Below are positions 38,284-50,253 of a stretch of 64,000 nucleotides of DNA, one piece after another. Made by a program: the position numbers and the translations under genes. How positions within the stretch are numbered: position 1 is the first letter of the stretch; the number at the start of each line of letters is the position of its first letter. This DNA is from Balanoglossus misakiensis. Its lineage: Eukaryota > Animalia > Hemichordata. The stretch lies in the NCBI GenBank assembly GCA_040954595.2, contig CM082592.2, forward strand, positions 9,721,677 through 9,785,676. The letters are read 5' to 3'. A model generated the notes under the pieces. The model had not been told where the DNA came from, made no database searches, and saw only the letters and a program-made list of their open reading frames with translations.

Positions 38284-41200
38284 TATTTATTACGTGTTAA
38301 GGATCACAGCACGGTACGAGAAAGAAACTGTGTTTCGCCGGTCTCTGAAAGGAAGTTGACCCACAGGGCTATCGATTTACCGGGAATCGTGAGCAGCAAC
38401 TGTCAAGAGGTATACGCGGTGCCGGGCGAGCAACAGTACTCCAGAGTTTCAGCGAGCATTCGGACAATCACAGGACATTTCACGCGTGTGGACCGTGAGA
38501 TCGGTTTTAAGCGTCGGGAACGAGCGTTGTTGCTCGGTGACAGCGATATTTTGCTGGTAGTAATTAGCAAGGCATCACCAGGAGGAAACAAAAAATGTTG
38601 AAGTTTGTTGTGAAAAATCCTGGGACGACGGCAGCGTCGACCACGAAGTCGAGACCGAGGAATTACAGAGGGTGGGATTCCGACTCGCGTAAGTTGCGAC
38701 CCATTTTTGGCGTCTTCAATATCTGTGCCGATTTTACTAGTATAGTTCCCAGTCTCAGCTCATGTGTGTCCCCTGTGGTCTGTGTCTTTAGATGTGTGAG
38801 TTTGTACGTGCGACCCGGTCTGCTTCTGCATCAGTGGTTTTTGAATGAATCCATGTGTTCCCTTCTCCCTTTGTTGTGGTACACAGTAAAGCGCCACTGT
38901 AACCACTGCACTGTGACCGAGAAACCGTTCTGAATCGCATGGCCGTGTCTTTCGACATTAATTTCCAAATATGTATTTCTGGGTATAATTACCCGCAGCA
39001 CGGACGTGATAATGTTCTTTTAACAAGTATGCGCTAATTTGCAGAACTGCACGCACGCGCACTTCAAGGCCCCGCGTTTTAAAAGTTTTACTCACTCGCG
39101 AAAGCATTGCTGTATTTAAATAGCTGTAAGCCACTTAAACGTTTATCGACGGTTTCATTTATCAGACAAATGTTGGCTACTGTACACACGCAACGTTTGA
39201 GTGTACACGACAATGGTTCTCCAAATAGATGTACTGTATATGGAAACTGCCCTGGTCCACCACTACCAGCATTTATATTGCTATATTCACCCGAGACTGT
39301 TGCATTTGTTACTTTGGTTTACATTGGGCATGACACCCCGGGAAAATTGTTTTGTAAGGCCGTCACAGAGGGCCTTAACGAGTTTTCCAATTTCAATTAA
39401 GTGGATTTGGACTTTTCAATGGTTAGCACCAAAGAAGGCGAATGGGGTTTTTGTAGACGGGTGATTGTCGAGTCTGACGACTGCTAATTTCTCTATCTAA
39501 ACCACCGCTTTTGTCATGTTGATAGAGTGACTGTGCCTGGATACTTGAAAAACACACCAGGACACGAAGCATTGTCTTCTGACTACAACATGTGCTGTTA
39601 GTCATGCTGTGTGTCTGGGTTTTATTCGTCTGCGAGTTTTCGTCATTCGAATTTGCCCGGCGGGAGGGGAGGGGGTCGCATTCCAAGATCTTGAGAGATC
39701 ATCCGCGCGATTTTTTTTTCCACGCCATGTGCAGACTTATTGGATGAAGTGCTACTTAGCATCAAAAGAGCCCTGTTCACTCGTCTCTAATCCTTTCTCT
39801 GAAAGAGAGACCACGGAGATCAATTCCACGACCGAGTGGTCATCTCCCGTGTCAATTGTAAGGATCATGGCCTGGAAGCGATCGTTACATCACTTGGTAA
39901 TCGCATTTGAGACGCCCCTATCTTTCACATCTATCATCATGTCAGATTACCGACCTTGACAAACCATTGACCGTCACCCGAGCAACATAAACCCCTTCAT
40001 TTGACTTCTTGAATTATCCAAGTACAACTGAAAACAAGTGTATGAATTGGTGACCACAAATGATGACGTCGCGTCGTGTTTGCTGCTGATTATCACAGTA
40101 CCAATTGCAACGGTCCGAAATAATTATCGGTTGCCGGGATAATATAGGCAAACAATAAGATAATCTCGCGATTTCACGATTCCCACAGACAAGTCAATGA
40201 TAGTTTGAAACGGTCACAGCGAATCGATTTAGTCCTACGGTCTTCAACTTCTACCACTCGCTGTCATATGAGCTGTTTTAAATGAAAGGTCACTTTGTAA
40301 CACCGCTGGCTTTGCCCCTCACACTGGTTTTCCTTCCCACTGAAGCGTATCTTAATTGCCCCGGGCTATAGCCGAACCAAGAAAGGGATACGTCGACAAT
40401 TTGTGCCGTCCAAAGGATTTATGCCCCGTTATAGTTTAAGTACGACACTCCGTGTTCGAACCACACAGGCGAAAAATGCATGTAGCTAAGTGTAATCGTG
40501 ATATCGACTCTGAAATGAAATGAAAGTGGATCATATGTAACATGCGATATTTGATCCGCTGCAATTTGCAAACGGTGACGTAAATAGGTACGTCACCAAC
40601 TTATTTCACAGTTCATTTACCACACGTTTTCCTGATGATGGGAGTCAATCTTGGACATTTTCGCCAGGAAATGTTTCACTTTGGTCCGGTGCCCTCATAT
40701 TTTCCTATCTATAAATGTAAACGCCCCTCCCCACAACGCTATACTTAATTAAAAGTAACGAGAGGTATAAGTCTGTGGCAAATATCGAGGATACTTTTCT
40801 GTAGTATACATCGATTTGCGATATTAGCATAATGATTGCATTTGTTTAGAAATTTTATTGCAAATTCTTATAAACCGGAGGTAATTGCGCGGTTGACTGT
40901 TGTCAAACGGAAGAAGGCAAATTGCCTTTCGCCCAAAATGCAAAATTAATTAATATCGATTGCATTTCATTTCCACACACTAATGTCAAGTATAGAATGT
41001 CAATATTGGGAGGTGGATACCGGACATGTAGATTATCGGGTCATTGTGAACGAAAAAAATTCTCACGATCTGTGGAAATAAAACGTTTTTATTTTCTTGC
41101 CATAACCCCAACTAGTACGTGCAAGAATTGATCGGATCAGTTACAATGAAAACGACAATATTATTGGAGTACACACGCGACTGTTATTTTTGTCTTCTAC

Positions 41201-44200
41201 TCAAAATGGCGACATTCTCTGAAGAATACTTAGTGTCCTGGATCTTCATTTATTCAGCTGTTCGTCCGCATTGACACGTTGAATAAACAGCTAGCACACC
41301 TGAAAGCGTTCCATTCCATTAGTTTTAAAATACAAACTACGCTAGTGATGTAAGAATCTACTAGGCTCTGAATCCTCTGCCAATTAATATTGTACTGTAA
41401 CGCAGGTATACATCGAAAGTAGAACGTCATTGTTGGCGTGTCCAATGCGCAACATGCACTGTTTTGATTGTAGAGCACAGATGAAACATATCACCAAGTT
41501 ATCATTTCTAAGACCAGCGCAGAAATTGCCCGACGCCTCTCAGGATCATTTCGGAACAAAAAAGTCGTTTTCTTTTTCGCTGGCGTCACTTATATCATTA
41601 AAGTTCACGGTACTTGAGCATTCACTCTCGCGGTGAAAACGGTAACGAAGCGACGATAGGGATGACCCAGAACCATTGAAGATGCCCGTCTCCAACAACC
41701 TGTTTCTGGGTGCCTGGCACGCGACTGAAAACACCGTAGCCCATTGTTGCGATCGGGGACGGACAAGTAAACGGGTGAATAACGCGAATTTACATTACAC
41801 AGATATAAAATAAATTTACACGACAACGTTACTTTTCAGTTGCGACCTTTGTACATAAATCACACACCGCTGTGTTCATGTGTCGAGTGAAGAAACTTTG
41901 GTGTTTATAGTTTTGGGTGGTTTACGATTGTCCATTTCACGCTTGCGTGGTTTTTTCTCACGCTCGAAATCTAACGGTGCCAACACCTTACACAGAAATC
42001 CAAAGATATAGGCACGCAGCGACAGTGAACGCCGCATCTATCTTGCTTTGAATTCATCGTTGATTTTCACACAATATTCGACGTCGCATCAGAGTAAGAA
42101 GCGCATGCGTGGTGGCCCTCACGATCACAAACTGAACATCAATTTTTGAAGGCAAGCATGCCTGGGCGTTAGATTTGATCCGAGTCCCAGCGTAGTGATA
42201 TCAATCACCCGTATTCTACATTGTATCACTTCGAAAAACCACACACGCGTTAAATTCGCTATTTGATTTATTATTTGTTTCGAAAACTGTGAGAAAATAC
42301 GATTCCACTAGTGCCCTCTAAAACTCGTTCGAAGCTACTGTTGCAGAGAGTTTATATAAATCACTCTAAAGGAAGAGCTATACGAACTCATGGTGCAAAC
42401 AAATCATTTATTTGTCTTCCAATATGCCACATGTGTGTTTGAGTGGTTGTGGAAAGAAAGCGGGTTGTTGGATTACTATACAATCTACTAACTGATTTCT
42501 TAACTGAGTTCATTTTATTCTAGTATGTGGATAAAAAAAGCCACCGCAGCAAATACCAGTGTCTAGCATTTCATTTTATTATTACCATTTAAAAAGTCAT
42601 GTCCAGTCTCGCCGCATTATTAAGTCAATAAATGCTGGTGTCACTCGATCGAAAGCAATCTGACTGAAATTTTCAATTTTCATCTCGTACTCAATATAGT
42701 GGCGATGCTTATTGAATTAATCGCCCCCGTCGACTTTTTATTAAGCTTTAATGTTCTCGCCATGCGCAGTGTGGTACGTGTAAACGAATATTGCGTCTGC
42801 CAACGGGCAAATGACCATCCTATTAACGCGTTCGCTCGAAATGCCTGTCTCGATTGTTCGAATATTCTGCTATATCGCGAAGAAAGAGTAATTTTAGCCG
42901 TAAAAGGTTAGGGGATATGCAAAGATTTTAATGACTATTTCAAACTTTTGTCTGTATATAGAGTATACTTATCATGGTACGTTTGATGTATGTCGCCAGT
43001 TGATATACACATTTCGTTGCAAAGCCGATTAACATTTTGATCAGATATTAAAAACTGCAAGAATGCGTGTGAATAACGATACCATCGCGGCCAGGTGGTG
43101 TTGTCCATTTCACTTAACACAGGCCTCGTAAATCAAGTGTTATCCGTTGTTCATTTCATTAACACGCGTTCCTGTTAAAAGTTGGCATAATTCATGTATT
43201 ACAACGGGTTACACTGCTACGTGACACGTACACACACGCTATATATACACGCATGCAACGGTGCATGTTCACACACGGTGTTTTTTTCTCTTCCCCTCCC
43301 TTCCCCAGCCACCACTTTCGCTTTGCAGATTATTTATGTCAGTTACGATGGCTTTATTTTCTTAGCATCCATTCCAAACAGTATCCAAAGCAAGCTTTTG
43401 GCTATAAACTCCCTTAAAAGACATGATAAAACCGACAGGACTGCAAAACTGCATAAATCTGATAAACTGGAGCGAGGTATAATTCAGCCGTGATTTATAT
43501 GTCCCCCTCAGCTGCAAGTTTTATAGTTATTATTTCCATTAAAAAATCTGAGTACAATGATTGAGTGTACCAGTTTGGCAGCTGATTGGTGCTAAGATAC
43601 AGCGTCTTCCTCTGCCCGCGCATCACAAATTTTACAACAGGATAATCACGTATTGTGTTACTCGTTCGTAAAATGATAGATGCGGTACAGAAAGGAATGC
43701 CCACTGGCAAGTCGGTCATATTACTTTAGGAGCTGCGGTATTGGACCCTGAAACTGTACAGCGCCGAGTATATGTCGTGTTAATGAGTTTCGTCATATAT
43801 AATTCTGGTTTTTCAAAATGCCAGAAATATCACTGAAATAGTTGTTTTAATCCGTGTGATAGCGGGTGGCCTTGATCCAGCCCATTGTCAACTTCTTGTG
43901 CTAGAAATAAATTCGCTGCATTTTGTTCATGATTAGTCGCGTGTCATACAAGCATGCACACATATATTTTTTTGCGCCGCAGGGGTGGCGGTTCGTCTTT
44001 TAAAGTCAGCCGTATAAAAGTAAAAACCTCAGCACAGACAAAGAGAACATGTTTTTTAACCATCTTCACAAGAGGTGTCCATTAACCAGTTAACACCTTC
44101 CCGTGGATCATGTCCAGTTTCGTCCTCACATTCAGTGGCAATTTACAATTACCGGTGTAAGTTTTCGACAATGAGGCCAATATCCGCTTTTCATTTCTTT

Positions 44201-46810
44201 TCCTTTATTTGTTGTCGAGGAGAACAAATTTATTTACTTTGAATTGCTTTACTTCATGCGTGATAGAACTAAACAAAACGATACATGCAAATGACAGCAG
44301 AAAAAAAAAAAACTAATTTTTTCTTGTTTTGTTGTCCATTGTTTTTGTTTACCTCCTTTGCTTATCTCAAGTTTTTGACTACGCCGCCAACCTCGCGGCA
44401 TCGTACTTTGTGACTAGAAGTCCGACAACCATGGCTATCGATTTTCAATTACGCTCGTTATGCGGAAGCGATCGTAAAAAAGTGCTTTATTCGTAAAGAT
44501 CGGTACATGTGTACAACTAATGTGACGTACATAAAACGGAACGTTTATTGGAGTGACTTTGAAGCGAACATTATGTTCATTGATGCTAATTGCGAAGCAG
44601 TAATACACTCGGTACAACAAAGAGGTAACGGCGCAGCTGACAGAGACACCGCTGGTCGGAATTCCATCTGTGGGTAACACTGTACTGGGGTAAAAACTGA
44701 GTGGAAACGGTGTCTGTGAGTCCCATTTTAGAAGATAACCCGCAACAACTTATATTCGTGGGAAAAAGAAATTCCGATATGACGATATTCAAAGCACCGC
44801 TGCCTTTTTGTTAAAGGCTAATTAACGTAGAACTAATTACAGGGAACCTTCGCCGACTCTAACGTATAAAACTCTGCGTCAAAAACCAGAACAGTCCACG
44901 GTACTTTTACGAGTTTAGTTTTTTAGAGTGCGGCCATTTCAGTTCAAGATCGACCGCAATTAGAACCTCATTGCCAAAGCGAACCAATTCACGTCACCGC
45001 AATAATAACAATGACCCATACGCTCTTCAAGTTCTCTTTTGCATGGCTTTTAAATTTCCAGAGATTGTAAGTACATGTACCGCCATTCCACTCGTGAATA
45101 ACAGCATGTTGATTGCAAGCCCAAACGTGACATTGATAGCATTACATCAAAAGCACAAGAATGTCTCTGGTGGCGAAACATCTTCGATTTTTTCGCAGGT
45201 TGCATTGTTTCGAGGGTTAATTGATACAAATAATTGCATTCTTATCGATTGCGAACGATGTCCTGTGTTTGCAAATATTTGGTGTCTCGATTGTTTCGAG
45301 GAAATTAATTAAACCCTTTTTCGGAATCTTCGAAACAGTATAGTGCGTTTGATGTCACAAAAAAACAATGGACACCTGTGGTCACTCTCACGTCTTCCAA
45401 CCTTACCAGATGACGTTTCTCACGCATATGACGCCCTCTTCGGTGTGAAGAGGCACAGCTTGCCAATCCCCTGTTCGCCCAAGTGCAAGTGGCGAATCCC
45501 TTTGTTCTAAAAATACAGGAATTTTTACTTATCACATAAATTGGCGGGAAAGTGTCAACAGGTGGTTGGCTTGATTAACATGGCACACCAAACTGAATTG
45601 ACGCGAGCTCTCTCTCGCAATCAGTAATATGTAAATGTATTTGCAGTGACGAAATGGTCAGTTTCAGAGGTATGATTTAGCTGGATTTAATAACAGAGGT
45701 GCTTCGGGTGTTTACAAAACACGATCACGCTAAGCTGCTCTCTCTACAAACGTCTTTTTGTGGTGCAACCCAAGAGTGTCAGGGGTCACGTGAACCGTGA
45801 CGCTTTCCTCCGTGTTCGCACAAAGCGCGTGTTCGTGAGAGATCCGTCCTTCACGGATTTTGGAAATAAAAGCAATTCATGACATGTCAATATATTTTTT
45901 ATCTGATGCCTGATCCATTTTAGCAATTTCGTGATCTACCAGTAAAATTTATGAAGTGTGTTATACGAAATGTGCAAAGAATTATTTTAATTAAAATTGA
46001 AAACCCGATGAAACTGAAAGGTAAACTTCTGTACCCCCGTGCAGTTTATGTGAGTTTTAACGACGGTTTTATTAGTCCGTTCTTTTTTACACGTGAAATG
46101 TTAACATGGCGCGAACAAGACATACCCCGCGGACAGAGATTATATGATTCTTTTTTTTCCGTCAGCGATTATTTGCATGCGTCATTGCTCCGCTGATAAC
46201 CCCGTCTTTTCGCCACGTCTTTTGTCGGCGGCATAGATTTCCCGCGTTTACATAACAAAGCCCCTCCTTGTCTTGTGCCATGTCGTATGAGTGGGGGATT
46301 TCGGAAAACATCACAAAAGTTGAATAGGCCAGATCGAATGCGATCGATGATCTGTTGTGTTGGGGAGGTTTTCAATTTTTTTTGAATTGCCGCGAACGTT
46401 ACACTTTGTTTCGCACGTCGCCATCGCGGTCCGATCTCAGGCCCCGGTTGGGTTTTCGGAAACTTTGCTGCCGTCCGAATATCGAGTTTCCGAGTCAACG
46501 CCGAGAAAGGCTGCGCGCAGGAGCGGTATGTTGTGATGATTGCGAATCTTTTACTTCCCTGGGGGAATTGTTTAGCTAAAATAATGAGGCGTGTTTGTCG
46601 AGTCGCTCGGAGTGTTTACTGATAAACACAACATACCTAACCAAGGCATGCAATCAAATCTTGGCTATTTTGGGAGGCATTCACCACATATCAAGCTGAT
46701 CGCACTTCGACGTAATTGAGTGGTACTTTCAACTCTCGCATAACACTAAACTGTACAAGTGTTTGCCTATGCTTTTATTCTAGTTTGTATAACGGTGGAA
46801 AGAATTTTCA

Positions 46811-46860
46811 GGGGCGGAGCCAATCTCTTAACTTGTCTGGTGTATTTGCACGTTCAGTCT
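46811..46860 (+). promoter_or_regulatory. Proximal GC-box/CCAAT/Inr cluster upstream of the SH3 gene
   Basis: GGGGCGGAGCCAATC at 46811-46825 and TTCAGTCT at 46853-46860. Confidence 0.4.
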
Positions 46861-47076
46861 CAAATTGGTTTTTGATTGCAGCCAACTCGTGTGTCCACTG
46901 CGATTTTTTTCTTGTCCCACCTGCGCGAATTCGAGCCGTGATCGTTGTTTGCCAACAATAAGCTAACGTTTTCCGTTATTTTGTTCATTGCAGTCGATGA
47001 AGAAAACTGCACGGTGTGCCGCATTCGTCGTCGTTCGCTGAGTAACAGTCGGAGGGGGCATCGATCCAGGACAAAA

Positions 47077-49181
47077 ATGGCGGACACTGGCCATGCTGAG
47101 TCGTTTGAACTTGGGGACGCTCTGAAGGGGCACTCGCTCAAGAATCCCGCCAACGTGCGGGCGACGGTGGCGTACGATTTTGAGCCGGACGAGAGGAACG
47201 AAATCAAAGTCATCAGAGGACAGAACGTGAGGATTATGCACGAAGAAAACGGATGGGCATTTGTGCGAGTCGAGAGCGGAAAGGTTGGGTTTATCCCTCT
47301 GCGGTACTGCGTCAAACCGCAGGTGCGCCGGCTGGCAAGTTCGGGGAATCTGCGCAGAACGAGATCCAAGTCCCCCCAGAGCCAGGAAAGCGGGGCAAAA
47401 CCACGCAGCAGGAGCGCGAATGACCTTCGGCGATCAAGGAAACTTTCTGGCTCCTGCCCGGGACTGAGTGACTTCACAGAGAGCGACAGTGATTACCGAC
47501 ACAACGGTGTCGTATCGTCGTCCACTACCACTTCGGACACCTCGCATAAAGGCCGGTATTCTTCGCATTGTCAAAGTGAGGCTAAACTACTAAAAACTAT
47601 TGAGAGGCGATTGAAAGGGAACTCGAGTGTTCATCTTAAGAAGAAAATAGCAGCTCTGTTGTCTGAACCAGATGCAAACAAGACTAACAACACAGTGAGT
47701 GATAAGACGGTTAATTGCGACCGCCGAGATCGATCGGCAAAGCACGACCCGGCTAAAAGTAAAACCGAATTGGAACACTCCTCCCCGGGTTCCCGGATGT
47801 CCGTCGACACCAGCATGGAGAGCCTGGCGTCTAGTCCGGGTCTCAACTCTCCAAACTCGCCGACAGGTTCAACAATGACAGATTCCGACTACGGCACGTC
47901 CATCGAAAGCGACACGGATTCGTCGTTCGGCAGTGTGCAGATGGGGGCGTGGAAGCGAAAAATGTTGGAGCAGAAACAACTGATCATAGTAAACAGAGTC
48001 GCGGAGACAGCCAGGGACTGCCAAAGCAAAGACATTGAAAATTTGGAGGTAAATTCCGAAGTGCCGACAGACAATGAGAAACTATCCAATTCTGTAAATA
48101 AGGGAGCAAGGGCGAAACGAGAACTAACTAAAGTAAACAGGACTCAGGAGAGTGGTATTTCAAAATCCCCTGAACACAATGCGTGCAATTCTCTGACCGT
48201 TAAAGATGACATTTCGTATTCAGACTGTTCGTCCCAGAAGTACGACACAAAGGAAGGCGCTCCGAACCTGTGCTCGACCATTCGTCAACTCGAGGACCTG
48301 ATCAAACAGAGTTGCTTCGGGGACGAGGATGAATGTTCGTACGGGGAATGCCATTCGGAGGGCTACGGCTCGGATTCTAGCGATTCGGCTGAGCGCTCAC
48401 CCCAAACATCAGGCAAGAGACCTACAAAACCAGCGGGGAGGCCGAGAGAGGGTCACAAATCGACGCACCCCTTCCAAAAGTCGGACAAGGAGACGTTACT
48501 GGTGTTGTTCGACTTCATCGCAACGGAGGAGAACGACTTGACGGTCCGCCAGGGAGAAACGGTGACTCTGTTGAACCACGACGACTATGATTGGTGTTTT
48601 GTTCGTAATCTGCATGGCAAAGAAGGGTTCATCCCTTTCTCGTATGCAGTGTCGCAAGAAGGTATGCACGTCGAGTTTGCTATCCATGTATCACACTGTA
48701 TTCAAACAATATATAGAACGGGTTTTCAGCATCACCAGAATAAACCCTAACGATGTTATTATATTCTGAGCGATATTTACTTTTTTTCTCTCTTTTTTCA
48801 GTTTACAAGGGAAAGATGATCTGCGAAACGAGGCAACGCGACGGCAATAAACGCAACCAGAAAACGAGGTCGACCACAAGGCGCCAGGTAATCTCAGGTA
48901 ACCGTGGCAACGGGATGCAGGAAAACCGGACCCAAAGGTGTCACACTCTTGACGAGTCGGACTATGACGTCACTGAACTGACCACGAGGACCAGCGTGAC
49001 GCACAACCACAAAGCCCTGACGGCCAGCGAGTTAACGGTCAGGCGGGGCGACACCGTTTATTTCAACAGGAACGACTTCGAGGAGAGTTGCGTGTGGGTG
49101 TTAGTTTTTTCCCCGGACAGAGAAGCTCGCGGATACGTTCCCAAGGTGTACCTTGCATGGAAAATGGAGGATCTAGTTTAG
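47077..49181 (+). CDS. Three-SH3-domain adaptor protein, Dlish/Vamana-like (exons 47077-48661 and 48802-49181; N-terminus may extend upstream)
   Basis: SH3-1 VAYDFEPDERNEIKVIRGQNVRIMHEENGWAFV...GFIPLRYC; SH3-2 VLFDFIATEENDLTVRQGETVTLLNHDDYDWCFV...EGFIPFSY; SH3-3 VTHNHKALTASELTVRRGDTVY...WVLVFSPDREARGYVPKVY. Phase-1 GT-AG intron 48662-48801; Kozak-like AAAATGG. Confidence 0.85.
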
Positions 49182-49848
49182 AAACTGACAAATACAGACA
49201 TCCTATTCGTGCGTTACTTATTTCATTAAAACAGTCCCCAAAGTTATGTACATTATATATAATGCTGTTCATTGTGAAACATGCAATATCGTTGAAGTGT
49301 ACACTTGTTTATTGTACTTCACATTCTATTGTCATCCATGGAAAACAACACAGGACTTCTTATATATATATTTTTTTGTATGTTTTTATCATATTTATAA
49401 CATTCAGGAAAAGTGCAAATGCCAAACTTAATTTAATGGTTTTATTTTTAACTTTTTATCGGTTCGATTGAGGCGGCAAATACTATAACACCGATTGGCC
49501 TGAATTCAGTGATTATACATTCAGATGTATCGATTCTCCTTACAGTGATATATTTATTGTTCTGTTTCATAAAACGTTAGATGTCTTTATCAAAGGGATT
49601 GAACTACAAAAGAGATTTAGCTGCCAAAGAAACCCACACGGTGTATTTTCGTTGCATATTGCAATATTGGACGTTATTTATTCCGTGTTGCTATTCATAG
49701 TCAGACAGCGACTTTGTTGTATGTCTTACGTTGTTCTAACACGGTGGATACAACGTGATCTCAGCGAAATGTTGTATAGATAAAATGTGAACGAATTATA
49801 AAGATTATATGGACGTTGTAGCTTTAAGTAATGTTATTGGTCGTCAAC

Positions 49849-49854
49849 AATAAA
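49849..49854 (+). terminator. Probable polyadenylation signal of the SH3 gene
   Basis: AATAAA after an AT-rich 3' UTR, followed by a GT-rich downstream element (TGTATTTGTGGTGT). Confidence 0.6.
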
Positions 49855-49935
49855 CTTTCCCTTTACACTGTATTTGTGGTGTCCGTCGTCTGTGCGTTCT
49901 GACCCCGCCAGATGGGCTCCGTGTCCATCAGCTAC

Positions 49936-50253
49936 TGAAAAATTATAGCTCATGAAAATCATCCAAAAATGACAATTTTTCGACTTTCCGAAATTTCAAA
50001 ATTTCTTCATTTTTTGAAAAAAATCATAGGTGATAGCTATGAAAATCATCCAAAAATAACAATTTTTCGACTTTCCGAAATTTCAAAATTTCTTCATTTT
50101 TTGAAAAAAATCATAGGTGATAGCTATGAAAATCATCCAAAAATGACAATTTTTCGACTTTGCGAATTTTCAAAATTTGGTCATTTTTTGAAAAAACCAT
50201 GGGTTATAGCTCAGGAAAATGTTCAAAAATCGACGATTTTTCGACTTTGCGAA
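49936..50253 (+). repeat. Satellite edge: ~3.5 monomers in forward orientation, the outer ones diverged
   Basis: Variant units GAAAATCATCCAAAAATGACAATTTTTCGACTTTCCGAAATTTCAAAATTTCTTCATTTTTTG grade into the consensus. Confidence 0.9.

Noticed and set aside
40574-40597. 9-bp inverted repeat GGTGACGTA/TACGTCACC (similar small one near 37182-37212)
   Set aside because: Too short to distinguish from chance; at most paired CRE half-sites.
45043-45072. ATG-MAFKFPEI|GTAAGT as a possible first coding exon of the SH3 gene
   Set aside because: The donor is phase 0 but the good acceptor at 46993 needs phase 1; unsupported without transcripts.
32305-46579. Numerous 60-180 aa ORFs in the intergenic zone (e.g. 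34160-34696, 38595-38933)
   Set aside because: No recognisable domains, no consistent exon chain, and many use non-ATG starts; expected by chance.
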